This document shows positions 1 through 14,390 of a stretch of DNA of 64,000 nt, one piece after another. Location: assembly GCA_964016885.1 (NCBI GenBank), contig CAXHJY010000330.1, positions 101,434-165,433 on the forward strand, given 5' to 3'. The notes beneath the pieces are model-generated. The model was given only the letters and a program-made list of their open reading frames with translations. It made no database searches and was not told the DNA's origin. The first letter of the stretch is position 1, and each line of letters begins with the position of its first letter. The translations under genes were made by a program, and so were the position numbers. This DNA is from Eledone cirrhosa. Its lineage: Eukaryota.

Positions 1-637
1 TTTATATCTGGAGATCTCTCTGCACTTGTCGTCACATGGTACCATGGGCCCAGCACTATGTGGCAATAATTGTCGCAAGTGTAGTGTTTGTACCAGAGTT
101 TTCAAGTCGCTGGCTGAACTAAAAAGTCACACTCGTTCAGCGCATCAGTAGGGGTTCTCCTACATGGATATAAAGTAGTGACCGTACTCGAAAACGAGTT
201 GGCAGCCACCATGTTTGTATATATAGACAAAGGGCGGAATAATTCATATGAGCCAATGGCCATCCTAAAATGTGTAATTATGTATATACACATGTACATA
301 TTTATGTATATGTATATATGTAGATGCATGGGTGCATGTGTTTGTATATGCGCGGGGACATAGAAATAGTCGGGCTGGATACCCGATCGCGCGGTTAAAC
401 CACTGGGAGTGAAGGACCCCTAGCCCTTGTCAGGGCATTCTTCTAGGAGAAGGCAACTCAGGAAACTGGGATAACTCCGATATAAAACCTGGGGGCTTAG
501 TAGTTACCGATGATGTTGATCTTTTCTTCTTTTCAGGTTATAGCTACTGTCTCTCAGAGAGTGGGATTGGCTCAGTGCACAGTCTTTCCTCACTTTAAAA
601 AATATCTTCACACACAGGCATTGGACGATAGAATTAA

Positions 638-1005
638 TTAATTGTTTCTACTTTAGGCACAGGGCCAGCAAATACCCAGTGCATTACTGGTACTTTATTT
701 TATCGACCTCGTAAGGATGAAAGGCAAAATCAACCTCGGCGGGATTTGAACTCAGATCATAAAGGGACGTAACTATGCTGGAAAGCATGGCGTCCTTAAT
801 AATTACTAATAATTGTTTCTACTTTAGGCACAAGGCCAGCAATTACCTCAGTACATTACTGGTACTTTATTTTATCGACCCCGTAAGAATGAAAGGCAAA
901 GTTAACCTTGGAGGGATTTGAACTCAGTCCGTAAAGGGACGTAACTCTATGCTAGAAAGCATGGCGTCCGACCCTCTACTGATGCTGCCAATCCACTGCC
1001 CGAAT
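638..1005 (-). mobile_element. Two tandem tRNA-derived SINEs (family S1)
   Basis: Reverse complement of A box tggcag..tcggt(a), B box gagttcaaatcc, central gactttgcctttcatccttacggggtcgataaaataaagtaccag. Confidence 0.85.
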
Positions 1006-1279
1006 AATTACTAATTACTAATAATGGTATATCGGGCAATGGCCATACTCGATAACGAGGGAACAGCCATCATATATATATTTATATGTATATATATATA
1101 TGTATGTATGTATGTTTGTTTATATATATAGACAACAATAGACACCCAGTGTGTGACTATATATACAACAAAGGAAGACACAGAATAAGTTTCTACATAC
1201 ATGACATTGTCAAACATCCTCTTTTTAGTGAACGGATGGAGGAGGGGGTCGTGGTAATCTAGGTTGGGGTGGGACTAGT

Positions 1280-4239
1280 GTATTGTGGTGGCGGTGGTGG
1301 TGTGTTGTGTTGTTGTTGTTTTTTTTCGTGGTGGTTGGGGTGGTATTTGTGGTGTGTGGTGTTTTATTATGTGTTGGCGGTGTTTGTGGTGGTGTTAGGG
1401 TGGTGTGGTGGTGGTGGTGGTGACAGTGTTGTGTGGTGGTGGTGGTGACAGTGTTGTGCAGTGGTGGTGACAGTGTTGTGCGGTGGTGGTGACAGTGTTG
1501 TGTGGTGGTGGTGGTGACAGTGTGGTGGTGGTGGTGACAGTGTTGTGTGGTGGTGGTGGTGACAGTGTTGTGCGGTGGTGGTGACAGTGTTGTATGGTGG
1601 TGGTGTGTTGTGTTGTTGTTGTTTTTTCGTGGTGGTTGGGGGTGGTATTTGTGGTGTGTGGTGTTTTATTATGTGTTGGCGGTGTTTGTGGTGGTGTTAG
1701 AGTGGTGTGGTGGTGGTGGTGGTGACAGTGTTGTGTGGTGGTGGTGGTGACAGTGTTGTGCAGTGGTGGTGACAGTGTTGTGTGGTGGTGGTGTGTTGTG
1801 TTGTTGTTGTTTTTTCGTGGTGGTTGGGGTGGTATTTGTGGTGTGTGGCGTTTTATTATGTGTTGACGGTGTTAGTGGTGGTGTTACAGTGGTGTGGTGT
1901 TGGTGGTGGTGACAGTGTTGTGTGGTGGTGGTGGTGGTGATGTTGGTGTTAGTTGTGTGGTGGTGGTGGTGGTGTTGGTGGTATGTTGTGATGGCGATGG
2001 TGGTGGTGTTGTGAGATTGTAGTGGTGGTAGAGTGTGTCGTGTTTGGTTGTGGTAGTGCTCGTAGAGGTGATGGTGGTGGTGGTGTGTTTGTGTGGTTGT
2101 TGTGATGGTGGTGGTGGTGTGTTTGTGTGGTTGTTGTGATGGTGGTGGTGGTGGTGTGTTTGTGTTGTTATTGTGATGGTGGTGGTGGTGTGTTTATGTG
2201 GTTATTGTGATGGTGGTGGTGGTGTGTTTGTCTGGTTATTGTGATGGTGGTGGTGGTGTGTTTGTGTTGTTATTGTGATGGTGGTGGTGGTGTGTTTATG
2301 TGGTTATTGTGATGGTGGTGGTGGTGTGTTTGTCTGGTTATTGTGATGGTGGTGGTGGTGTGTTTGTTTGGTTGTTGTGATGATGGTGGTGGTGGTGTGT
2401 TTGTGTGGTTATTGTGATGGTGGTGGTGGTGGTGTGTTTGTGTGGTTGTTGTGATGGTGGTGGTGGTGGTGCGTTTGTGTGGTTATTGTGATGGTGGTGG
2501 TGGTGTGTTTGTGTTGTTATTGTGATGGTGGTGGTGGTGTGTTTATGTGGTTATTGTGATGGTGGTGGTGGTGTGTTTGTCTGGTTGTTGTGATGGTGGT
2601 GGTGGTGTGTTTGTGTGGTTGTTGTGATGGTGCTGGTGGTGTGTTTGTGTTGTTATTGTGATGGTGGTGGTGGTGTGTTTATGTGGTTATTGTGATGGTG
2701 GTGGTGGTGTGTTTGTCTGGTTATTGTGATGGTGGTGGTGGTGTGTTTGTGTGGTTATTGTGATGGTGGTGGTGGTGGTGCGTTTGTTTGGTTATTGTGA
2801 TGGTGGTGGTGGTGGTGGTGCGTTTGTTTGGTTGTTGTGATGGTGGTGTTGGTGGTGGTGGTGTGTTTGTGTGGTTATTGTGATGGTGGTGGTGGTGGTG
2901 GTGTGTTTGTGTGGTTATTGTGATGGTGGTGGTGGTCGTGTGTTTGTGTGGTTGTTGTGATGGTGGTGGTGGAGGTGGTGTGTTTGTGTTATTATTGTGG
3001 TGTTGGTGGTGGTGGTGTGTTTGTGTGGTTGTTGTGATGGTGGTGGTGGAGGTGGTGTGTTTGTGTTATTATTGTGGTGTTGGTGGTGGTGGTGTGTTTG
3101 TGTGGTTGTTGTGATGGTGGTGGTGGTGGTGCGTTTGTTTGGTTGTTGTGATGGTGGTGTTGGTGGTGGTGGTGGTGTGTTTGTGTGGTTATTGTGGTGA
3201 TGGTGGTGGTGGTGTGTCATAGTGGTGGTGGTGTGTTATACTTGTGGTGGTGGTGGTGGTGATGTAGTGTTCGGTAATGATGACGATGGTGATGATGATG
3301 ATGGTGATGATAGTGTTGGTATGTTTGAGGATCGGTTAGATGGCGTGTAATGGCGGCGGCGGCGGCGGCGGTGTTGGTGTCGGGGTGGGGTGGTGTGGAG
3401 TAGGCGGGGCTGTGTGTGGGGGGTGGGAGGGGGAGGTGGTAAAGGGACGAAGGTAACATGAGAAGTCTAACATGAAGCTACAACATCCTGTGGCCCTTGT
3501 AGAGGGCGGCGGCGGAGGGGAGGGTGGGGTTTCATTGATTGTGTGGAGGAGGGGGAGGGCGGGATGGGGGAGGATTGTGTCCGAGGCCCTACTTGGGTCT
3601 CGGGTCGGGTGTAGGTAGGGTTTAGGGTAGGGCTTATAGTGGTGGTTGTTGTTGTATGGTGATGGTGGTGCCGTGGTGGTACTAATGGTGGTAGTGGTGG
3701 TGGTGGTGGTGGTTGTTGTTGTGGCGGTGGTAGTGGTGATGGTGGTGGTGGTGGTGGTGGTGGTGGTTGTTGTTGTGGCGGTGGTAGTGGTGATGGTGGT
3801 GGTAGTGGTGGTTGTTGTGGTGGCGGTGGTGGTACTAATGGTGGTGGTGGTGGTGGTGGTGGTGGTGGTAGTGGTGGTTGTTGTTGTGGTGGTGGTGCCG
3901 TGGTGGTACTCATGGTGGTGGTGGTAGTGGTGGTGATGGTGGTGGTACTAATGGTGGTTGTGGTGGTGGTGGTGGTGGTGGTGGTGGTGGTGGTTGTTGT
4001 GGTGGCGGTGGTGGTACTAATGGTGGTGGTGGTGGTGGTGGTGGTGGTGGTGGTGGTGGTGTGAACGAAGGGCAAATGGTGGGGAGGGGGAAGGTGAGAA
4101 GTTTACGTGGAGATTAAACACATTCGCGGGCCAGGGGTGGCATTGATAGTGTGGTGGGGGTCTAGGGTGGTGGTGGTAGTGGTGGTGGTGGTGGTGTGGT
4201 GGTGGTAGTGTAGTGGTGGTGGTGGTGATGGTATTGTTG

Positions 4240-4292
<53 letters not shown>

Positions 4293-4353
4293 GGTGGTGG
4301 TGGTGGTAGCGGTGGTGTAGTGGTGGTGGTGGTGATGGTATTGTTGGTAGTGA

Positions 4354-4393
<40 letters not shown>

Positions 4394-4525
4394 GGTGGTG
4401 GTGGTGGTGGTAGTGGTGGTGTAGTGGTGGTGGTGGTGATGGTATTGTTGGTAGTGGTGGTGGTAGTAGTAGTAGTAGTGGTGGTGGTGGTGGTGGTGGT
4501 GGTGGTAGTGGTGATGGTATTGTTG

Positions 4526-4590
<65 letters not shown>

Positions 4591-4603
4591 GATGGTATCG
4601 TTG

Positions 4604-4652
<49 letters not shown>

Positions 4653-4655
4653 CAA

Positions 4656-4688
<33 letters not shown>

Positions 4689-4735
4689 CAGTAGTAGTAC
4701 TATAGTAGTAGCAGTAGCAGTAGTAGTAGTGGTAG
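1280..4735. repeat. (GGT)n/(GTA)n compound micro/minisatellite
   Basis: Direct reading. Similar tracts at 25665-26160, 35450-36930 (CCA) and 39150-40190 (GAT/GGT). Confidence 0.95.
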
Positions 4736-4901
4736 ACGCAGTGGACACGTGGTTAAACTGACAACAGTGAAATCTACAATGTTTACACACGCACAGCCCT
4801 TACTGTGGTCTCATGCGACAACCTGCTAGAAATAGAAGCCAGATTTCTCACGAATCACACACTCTACTGTATTATCCATGCATGTGCATACCAGAGTATA
4901 T

Positions 4902-4951
<50 letters not shown>

Positions 4952-4954
<3 letters not shown>

Positions 4955-5305
4955 CGAAGGAAATGTGGTAAGGAACCAGGTGGACCATAACGCACCAGAG
5001 TACTCAATACTTAGGGTAGTAGAGTGGGAAATAGGAAGAGGTATGACCCCCGACGACAGAGCTACAGCCGTTTTGACGGCTATTTCTAGTCCATATATAG
5101 GAACTAGTAGGACCCCGACGGCTGAGCTCAAGCCGTTTCGACGGCTAATTCTGGACTCAAAAGATTTTAGTCCAGAATTAGCCGTCGAAACGGCTTGAGC
5201 TCAGCCGTCGGGGCCCTACTCGTTCCTATTACCCACTCTACTACCCTAAGTATTGAGTACTCTGGTGCGTTATGGTCCACCTGGTTCCTTACCACATTTC
5301 CTTCG

Positions 5306-5308
<3 letters not shown>
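4952..5308. mobile_element. Fold-back element in (TA)n, family A (Penelope-like pLTR inferred; 3' half of hammerhead)
   Basis: Outer arms 4953-5037 / 5224-5307 and inner near-perfect hairpin 5097-5229. Contains GAAA-cggc-ttgagctca-gccg-TC (helix III + GUC). Flanked by (TA)n. Confidence 0.75.
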
Positions 5309-5343
<35 letters not shown>

Positions 5344-5380
5344 TAGTAGTAATAGTAGTAGTATATATTTATATATATAT

Positions 5381-5414
<34 letters not shown>

Positions 5415-5415
5415 C

Positions 5416-5461
<46 letters not shown>

Positions 5462-6008
5462 AGATAGGGGGCGTTGTGTCATGTCGGAATAAACTTTCTT
5501 CCTCTCTTTTATTTGTTTTTTATGAAGCGACAAGTAACTACTACTACTACTTCTGCTGCTACTACTACTACCACCACCCACCACCTCCACCACTATTACC
5601 GCCACCAATACCACCACCACCACCACCACAACCACCCTCTCCACGACCACCACCACCACAATCACACCGCTACCACCACCACCACCACCACTATCAACAC
5701 CACCACCACCACCACCACTCTCACCACCACCACCACCACTATCACCCCGCTACCACCACCACCACCACTACTGTTGCCGGTACCCAGCAGTCAGTCAGTC
5801 ATTCTCCAGTACACCCTCAACATGTAAACATGTGTGGACATTAATTAGTTCTATTTCCTACAATACAACATTCTACTAGTTTGTTTTGTCCCTATGGAAG
5901 GTAAGGAAAAAAACCCTTATTTATCTGTTTATTGGTCCCTTTTGATATCAACCAGCCCTTAAAAATCCTACTCTGTATGCAACATGTGTGGACATTAATT
6001 AGTTTGGA

Positions 6009-6189
6009 ATGGCAGTATCGGTAGAGGGTCGGACGCCATGCTTTGCAGCAAAGAGTTACGGCCCTTTATGATCTGAGTTCAAATCCCGCCGAGGTTGACT
6101 TTGCCTTTCATCCTTACGGGGTCGATAAAATAAAGTACCAGTAATGTACTGGGTAATTGCTGGCCTTGTGCCTAAAGTAGAAACAATTA
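6009..6189 (+). mobile_element. SINE S1
   Basis: A/B boxes and central domain; ttaattagtt duplicated on both sides; inserted in the second unit of a ~160-bp tandem duplication (5828-6326). Confidence 0.85.
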
Positions 6190-6364
6190 ATTAGTTCTAT
6201 TTCCTACAAAACAACATTCTACCAGTTTGTTTTGTCCCTATGGAAGGTAAGGAAAAAAAACCCTTATTTATCTGTTTATTGGTCCCTTTAGATATCAACC
6301 AGCCCTTAAAAATCCTACTCTGTATGGTCAACAAAGATTGCTAAAACTCTGTGTGTAGATCACA

Positions 6365-7958
6365 ACTAAACCACTGAAGCTACTACAGCCACAACTACAA
6401 CCACCACTACCACCACCACAGCCACCACTCACACTGAAGCTACTACAGCCACAACTACAACCATCACTGCCACCACCACTGCCACCACTCACATTAAAGC
6501 TACTACAGCCACAACTACAACCACCACTACCACCACCACAACCACCATTCACACTGAAGCTACTACAGCCACAACTACAACCACCACTGCCACCACCACA
6601 ACCACCACTCACACTGAAGCTACTACAGCCACAACTACAACCACCACTGCCATCACCACAACCACTGCCACCACTACAACCACAACCACCACAACCATTC
6701 ACACTGAAGCTACTACAGCCACAACTACAACCACCACTGCCACCACCACAACCACCACTCACACTGAAACTACTACAGCCACAACTACAACCACCACTGC
6801 CACCACCACAACCACCACTCACACTGAAGCTACTACAGCCACAACTACAACCACCACTGCCACCACCACAACTACCACTCACACTGAAGCTACTACAGCC
6901 ACAACTACAACCACAACTACAACCACCACTGCCACCACCACAACCACCACTCACACTGAAGCTACTACAGCCACAACTACAACCACCACTGCCACCACCA
7001 CAACCACTGCCACCACCACAACCACCACTCACACTGAAGCTACTACAACCACAACTACAACCACCACTGCCACCACCACAACCACTGCCACCACCACAAC
7101 CACCACTCACACTGAAGCTACTACAGCCACAACTACAACCACCACTGCCACCACCACAACCACTGCCACCACCACAACCACTGCCACCACCACAACCACT
7201 GCCACCACAACCACTGAAGCTACTACAGCCACAACTACAGCCACCACTACCACCACCACAACCACCACTCACACTGAAGCTACTACAGCCACAACTACAA
7301 CCACCACTGCCACCACCACAACCACCACTCACACTGAAGCTACTACAGCCACAACTACAACCACCACTGCCACCACCACAACCAACACTCACACTGAAGC
7401 TACTACAGCCACAACTACAACCACCACTGCTACCACCACAACCACTGCCACCACAACCACTACAACTACAACCACCACAACCATTCACACTGAAGCTACT
7501 ACAGCCACAACTACAACCACCACTGCCACCACCACTCACACTGAAGCTACTACAGCCACAACTACAACCATCACTGCCACCACCACAACCACCACTCACA
7601 CTGAAGCTACTACAGCCACAACTACAACCACCACTGCCGCCACCACAACCACCACTCACACTGAAGCTACTACAACCACAACCACTCACACTGAAGCTAC
7701 TACAGCCACAACTACAACCACCACTGCCACCACTACAACCACAACCACTACCACCACTCACACTGAAGCTACTACAGCCACAACTACAACCACTGCCACC
7801 ACTACAACCACAACTACAACCACTACAACCACTGCCACCACCACTACAACCACAACCACTACCACCACTCACACTGAAGTTACTACTGCCACCACTACAA
7901 CCACAACCACTACCACCACTCACACTGAAGCTACTACAGCTACCACTACAACCACTGC
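6365..7958 (+). repeat. ~60-bp CCA/ACA-rich minisatellite
   Basis: Anchor cacactgaagctactacagccacaactacaacc recurs with triplet-length variation. Confidence 0.9.
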
Positions 7959-8560
7959 CATTACTCTATATATACTATTGTATTTTCACGGTAAAGGCTT
8001 TACCTCACATAATATCTCACATAACATTTACATTACTCTATATATACTATTGTATTGTCACAGTAAAGGCTTTACCTCACATAATATCTCACATAACATT
8101 TACATTACTCTATATATACTATTGTATTTTCACAGTAAAGGCTTTACCTCACATAATATCTCACATAACATTTACATTACTCTATATATACTATTGTATT
8201 TTCACGGTAAAGGCTTTACCTCACATAATATCTCACATAACATTTACATTACTCTATATATACTATTGTATTTTCACTGTAAAGGCTTTACCTCACATAA
8301 TATCTCACATAACATTTACATTACTCTATATATACTATTGTATTGTCACAGTAAAGGCTTTACCTCACATAATATCTCACATAACATTTACATTACTCTA
8401 TATATACTATTGTATTTTCACGGTAAAGGCTTTACCTCACATAATATCTCACATAATATCAAATCTATGAGATTTTGATGTTATTTATTTTGAGAACAAT
8501 ACCGTTATATCAGTATGAGTGGCCCGTTACAACCGGTTTGAACAGAAAGAGTTGAGAGAA
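7959..8560 (+). repeat. Partial copy of the same element: ~7 x 72-bp units plus unique 3' part
   Basis: Same unit; 8460-8560 matches 17860-17960; TIRs not retained. Confidence 0.9.
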
Positions 8561-9128
8561 TTATATACAGGACACGGCCAAATGCACCCAGCCCACACTG
8601 TAAAGTGGTCGTGTAAAAGATACCGTAAAAAGCAGCCACCAGACACTTTCAATGTGGTTGACGTTAGGAAGGGCATCCTGCCATAGAAAACCAGCCAGAA
8701 CCACCGCTATTTGAGCGAGACATAGTCACCTGACATAACTCGCCTCAAAATAGGACCCGTCTAACCCATGCTAGCATGGAAGATAGACATTAATTGATGA
8801 TGATGATGATGATGATAACATACATATATTAATGTTAATATATGGTTGTTATTAGTAAACCTATCTCATTTTTTATTATTATAAACCTCCCTAGGTGTCT
8901 TGTAGCTCACCAATATATTTTTCTCTCCTACTGCTCTCAATGTATTAAGAACTTTATTGGTAAAATAAATCATTATTTATTATCACCTATATATTAATGT
9001 GTGGTCCTTATTAGTAACCCCAACTCATTTTTTATTAATATAACCCTCCAAGGGTGTCTTGTAAGCTCACCAATATATCTTGCTCTTTTATGGCCATAAA
9101 TTTTGAGCAATTTATGACCTCGGTGTAT

Positions 9129-9514
9129 TGGCAGTATCAGTAGAGGGTCGGACACCATGCTTTGTAGCATAGAGTTACGGCCCTTTATGGTCTCAGTTCA
9201 AATCCCGCCGAGATTAACTTTGCCTTTCATCCTTACAGGGTCGATAAAATAAAGTACCAGTAATGCACTGGGGTAATTGCTGGCCTTGTGCCAAATATAG
9301 GAACAATTATTACCTATATATGGCAATGGGTTGGCAGTGTCGGTAGAGCGTCAAACGCCATGCTTTGTAGCATAGAGTTACGGCCCTTTACACTCTGAGT
9401 TCAAATCTCGCCGAGGTTAACTTTGCCTTTCATCCTTACGGGGTCGATAAAATAAAGTACCAGTAATGTACTGGGTAATTTGCTGGCCTTGTGCCAAAAA
9501 GTAGAAACAATTAT
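9129..9514 (+). mobile_element. Two tandem SINE S1
   Basis: Same consensus; a partial copy also lies at 10826-10925. Confidence 0.85.
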
Positions 9515-10825
9515 TTGTTATTACCTATATATTAGTGTGGTTGGTGTTATTTGTAACCTCCACCTATTTTAATTAATATAACCCTCCTAGGATGTCTTGT
9601 AAGCTCACCAATATATCTTGCTCTCCTACTGCCCTCAATTTTGCGCAATTTATGAGCTGTAAAACTAAATCATTATTTGTTATTACCTATATATTAATGT
9701 GTGGTCGGTGTTATTTGTAACCTCCAACTATTTTAATTAATATAACCCTTCTAGGGTGTCTTGTAAGCTCACCAATATATCTTGCTCTCCAACTGCCCTC
9801 AATTTTGCGCAATTTATGAGCTGTAAAACTAAATCATTATTTGTTATTACCTATATATTAATGTGTGGTCGGTGTTATTTGTAACCCCCACCTATTTAAA
9901 TTAATATAACCCTCCTAGGGTGTCTTGTAAGCTCACCAATATATCTTGCTCTCCTACTGCCCTCAATTTTGCGCAATTTATGAGCTGTAAAACTAAATCA
10001 TTATTTGTTATTACCTATATATTAATGTGTGGTCGGTGTTATTTGTAACCCCACCTATTTAAATTAATATAACCCTCCTAGGATGTCTTGTAAGCTCACC
10101 AATATATCTTGCTCTCCAGCTGCCCTCAATTTTGCGCAATTTATGAGCTGTAAAACTAAATCATTATTTGTTATTACCTATATATTAATGTGTGGTCAGT
10201 GTTATTTGTAACCCCACCTATTTAAATTAATATAACCTTCCTAGGGTGTCTTGTAAGCTCACCAATATATCTTGCTCTCCTACTGCCCTCAATTTTGCGC
10301 AATTTATGAACTGTAAAACTAAATCATTATTTGTTATTACCTATATATTAATGTGTGGTCGGTGTTATTTGTAACCTCCACCTATTTTAATGAATATAAC
10401 CCTCCTAGGATGTCTTGTAAGCTCACCAATATATCTTGCTCTCCTACTGCCCTCAATTTTGCGCAATTTATGAGCTGTAAAACTAAATCATTATTTGTTA
10501 TTACCTATATATTAATGTGTGGTCGGTGTTATTTGTAACCCCCACCTATTTTAATTAATATAACCCTCCTAGGATGTCTTGTAAGCTCACCAATATATCT
10601 TGCTCTCCTACTGCCCTCAATTTTGCGCAATTTATGAGCTGTAAAACTAAATCATTATTTGTTATTACCTATATATTAATGTGTGGTCGGTGTTATTTGT
10701 AACCCCCACCTATTTTAATTAATATAACCCTCCTAGGATGTCTTGTAAGCTCACCAATATATCTTGCTCTCCTACTGCCCTCAATTTTGCGCAATTTATG
10801 AGCTGTAAAACTAAATCATTATTTG
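9510..10825 (+). repeat. 163-164-bp AT-rich tandem repeat, ~8 copies
   Basis: aaaactaaatcattatttg at 9661, 9825, ...; diverged units at 8825-9120 and 11285-11480. Confidence 0.95.
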
Positions 10826-10947
10826 GAGGTTGACTTTGCCTTTTATCCTTACGGGGTCGATAAAATAAAGTACCAGTAATGCACTGGGTAATTGCTGGCC
10901 TTGTGCCTAAAGTAGGAACAATTATTTGTTATTACCTATATATTGTG

Positions 10948-11290
10948 TCATCATCATCATCATCATCATTTTACGTCTGCTTTTCCCTGCTTGCAAGGGT
11001 GGGACGGGAACTGATGCTGGCTTGATCTCTACAGCTGGATGCCCTTCCTAACACCAACCTCATTTACAGTGAGTGCTGGGTGCTTTTTTCCGTGGCACCT
11101 CCACGACCACTTTGCAGTGGAATGATAGGGACCCCAGTCCCTATCATCTCATTTCTACAGCTGAGTAAACTGGAGCAATATGAAATAAGTGTCTTGCTCA
11201 AGGAAACAACACATCACCCAGTCTGAGAATTGAACTCACAACCTTTCGATTGCAAGCCCAATGCTCTAACTACTAAGTCATATGCCTCCA
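10948..11290 (-). mobile_element. tRNA/CORE-like SINE with RTE-derived tail (family S2)
   Basis: Minus strand: tRNA head (gagttcaattc), ccttgagcaagacactt, aggaagggcatccagctgtag, tail cccacccttgcaagcaggg..(gat)n shared with the RTE 3' end at 35245-35290. Confidence 0.8.
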
Positions 11291-11544
11291 CCTATTTTAA
11301 TTAATATAACCCTTCTAGGGTGTCTTGTAAGCTCACCAATATATCTTGCTCTCCCACTGCCCTCAACGTATTAAAAACGTTATGACCTGTAAAATGAATT
11401 ATTATATAATGTCACTTAAGGTCACCCATTTATTTATATTGTCTGGTTTATTGTTAAACCCACCTTTTTTTAAATTAATATAAAATACCTGAACCGTGTC
11501 GTATCTTTCATTCACCTGTGTACATTGCTTTTGTAATGTTTCAA

Positions 11545-14166
11545 TATATCCTACAACCCAGCACCATCACCCTGATACCCTACAATCCACCACCACCACC
11601 ACCAACACCCTAATACCCTACAATCCACCACCACCACCAACAACACCCTGATACCCTACAATCCACCACCACCCACCGCCACCAACACCCTGATATTCTA
11701 CAGCCCACCACCACCACCACTACCACCACCAACACCCTGATATCCTACAGACCAACACCACCACCAACACCCTGATATCCTACAGACCAACACCACCACC
11801 ACCAACACCCTGATATCCTACAGACCAACACGACTACCACCAACACCCTGATATCCTACAGCCCACCACTACCACCAACACCCTGATATCCTACAGACCA
11901 ACACCACCACCAACACCCTGATATCCTACAGACCAACACCACCACCACCAACACCCTGATATCCTACAGCCCACCAACACCCTGATATCCTACAGCCCAC
12001 CACCACCACCAACACCCTGATATCCTACAGCCCACCACCACCACCAACACCCTGATATCCTACAGCCCACCACCACCACCAACACCATGATATCCTACAG
12101 CCCACCACCATCACCAACACCCTGATATCCTACAGACCAACACCACCACCACCAACACCCTGATATCCTACAGCCCACCAACACTTTGATATCCTACAGC
12201 CCACCACCACCACCAACACCCTGATATCCTACAGCCCACCACCACCACCAACACCCTGATATCCTACAGCCCACCACCACCACCAACACCCTGATATCCT
12301 ACAGACCAACACCACCACCACCACCCTGATATCCTACAGAACACCACCACCACCAACACCCTGATATCCTACAGACCAACACCACCACTACCACCACCAC
12401 CCTGATATCCTACAGACCAACACCTCCGCCACCAACACCCTGATATCCTACAGAACACCACCACCACCAACACCCTGATATCCTACAGACCAACACCTCC
12501 GCCACCAACACCCTGATATCCTACAGACCAACACCACCGCCACCAACACCCTGATATCCTACAGAACACCACCACCACCAACACCCTGATATCCTACAGA
12601 CCAACACCACCACTACCACCACCACCCTGATATCCTACAGACCAACACCTCCGCCACCAACACCCTGATATCCTACAGACCAACACCACTACCATCAACA
12701 CCCTGATATCCTACAGACCAACACCACCACCACCACCAACACCCTGATATCCTACAGACCAACACCACCACCAACACCCTGATATCCTACAGACCAACAC
12801 CACTACCACCAACACCCTGATATCCTACAGACCAACACCACCACCACCACCATGATATCCTACAGACCAACACCACTACCACCAACACCATGATATCCTA
12901 CAGACCAACACCAACACCATGATATCCTACAGACCACAACCACCACTACCAACACCCTGATATCTTACAGCCCACCACAACCCACCACCACCCTGATATC
13001 CTACAGACCAACACTACCACCACCACCAACACTCTGATATCCTACAGCCCACCACCGCCACCAACACCCTGATATCCTACAGACCAACACCACCATCACC
13101 ACCAACACCCTGATATCCTACAGACCAACACGACCACTACCAACACCCTGATATCCTACAGACCAACACCACCATCACCACCACCCTGATATCCTACAGA
13201 CCAACACCACCACCACCACCAACACCATGATATCCTACAGACCACCACCACCAACACCCTGATATCCTACAGACGACCACCACCACTACCACCAACACCC
13301 TGATATCCTACAGACCAACACCACCGCCACCAACACCCTGATATCCTACAGACCAACACCACCACCACCAACACCCTGATATCCTACAGACCAACACCAC
13401 AGCCACCAACACCCTGATATCCTACAGAACACCACCACCACCAACACCCTGATATCCTACAGACCAACACCACCACCACCACCACCAACACCCTGATATC
13501 CTACAGACCAACACCTCCGCCACCAACACCCTGATATCCTACAGACCAACACCACCGCCACCAACACCCTGATATCCTACAGCCCAACACCACCACCAAC
13601 ACCATGATATCCTACAGACCAACACGACCACCATCACCACCATCCTGATATCCTACAGCCCACCACCACCATCACCACCAACACCATGATATCCTACAGA
13701 CCAACACCACCACCACCACCAACACCATGATATCCTATGGACCAACACCACCACCACCACCAACACCCTGATATCTTACAGAACACCACCACCACCACCA
13801 CCAACACTCTGATATCCTACAGCCCACCACCGCCACCAACACCCTGATATCCTACAGATCATCACCACCACCACCAACACCCTGATATCCTACAGACCAA
13901 CACCACCCACCGCCACCAACACCAGGATATCCTACAGACCAACACCACCACCACCATGATATCCTATGGACCAACACCACCACCACCACCAACACCCTGA
14001 TATCTTACAGAACACCACCACCACCACCACCACCACCAACACTCTGATATCCTACAGCCCACCACCGCCACCAACACCCTGATATCCTACAGCCCACCAC
14101 CGCCACCAACACCCTGATATCCTACAGATCATCACCACCACCACCAACATTCTGATATCCTACAGA
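11545..14166 (+). repeat. Minisatellite with constant core ccctgatatcctacag and variable (CCA)n spacer
   Basis: Roughly 75 units of ~25-45 bp. Confidence 0.95.
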
Positions 14167-14390
14167 CTTTTGTAGCTGATGAAAGATATGTGGGTAGAGA
14201 AGAAAGTGGAGTGAGAGGGGGGTTCTTTCTCCTGCAGATTTGTCTAGAGAGGGTTTGGGGGAAAATTTGTAAAAATGTCCCAGAGAGAATGACTCTTAAT
14301 CTCAGCAGGTTCTTAGGAAATGAAATGAAAAAAATGTCATTTAGAGCTCACACCTATTGTATCTCATAAGAGGTTTTGGGGGTATTTTAA

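Noticed and set aside
6328-7923. Cys/Gly/Ser keratin-associated-like ORF (minus) or Thr-rich mucin-like frame (plus)
   Set aside because: Triplet-derived minisatellite open in several frames; no signal peptide or convincing splice sites, and the Thr frame is preceded by TAA.
11545-14166. CRISPR-like constant repeat with variable spacers
   Set aside because: Spacers are only (CCA)n length variants; eukaryotic context; no cas genes.
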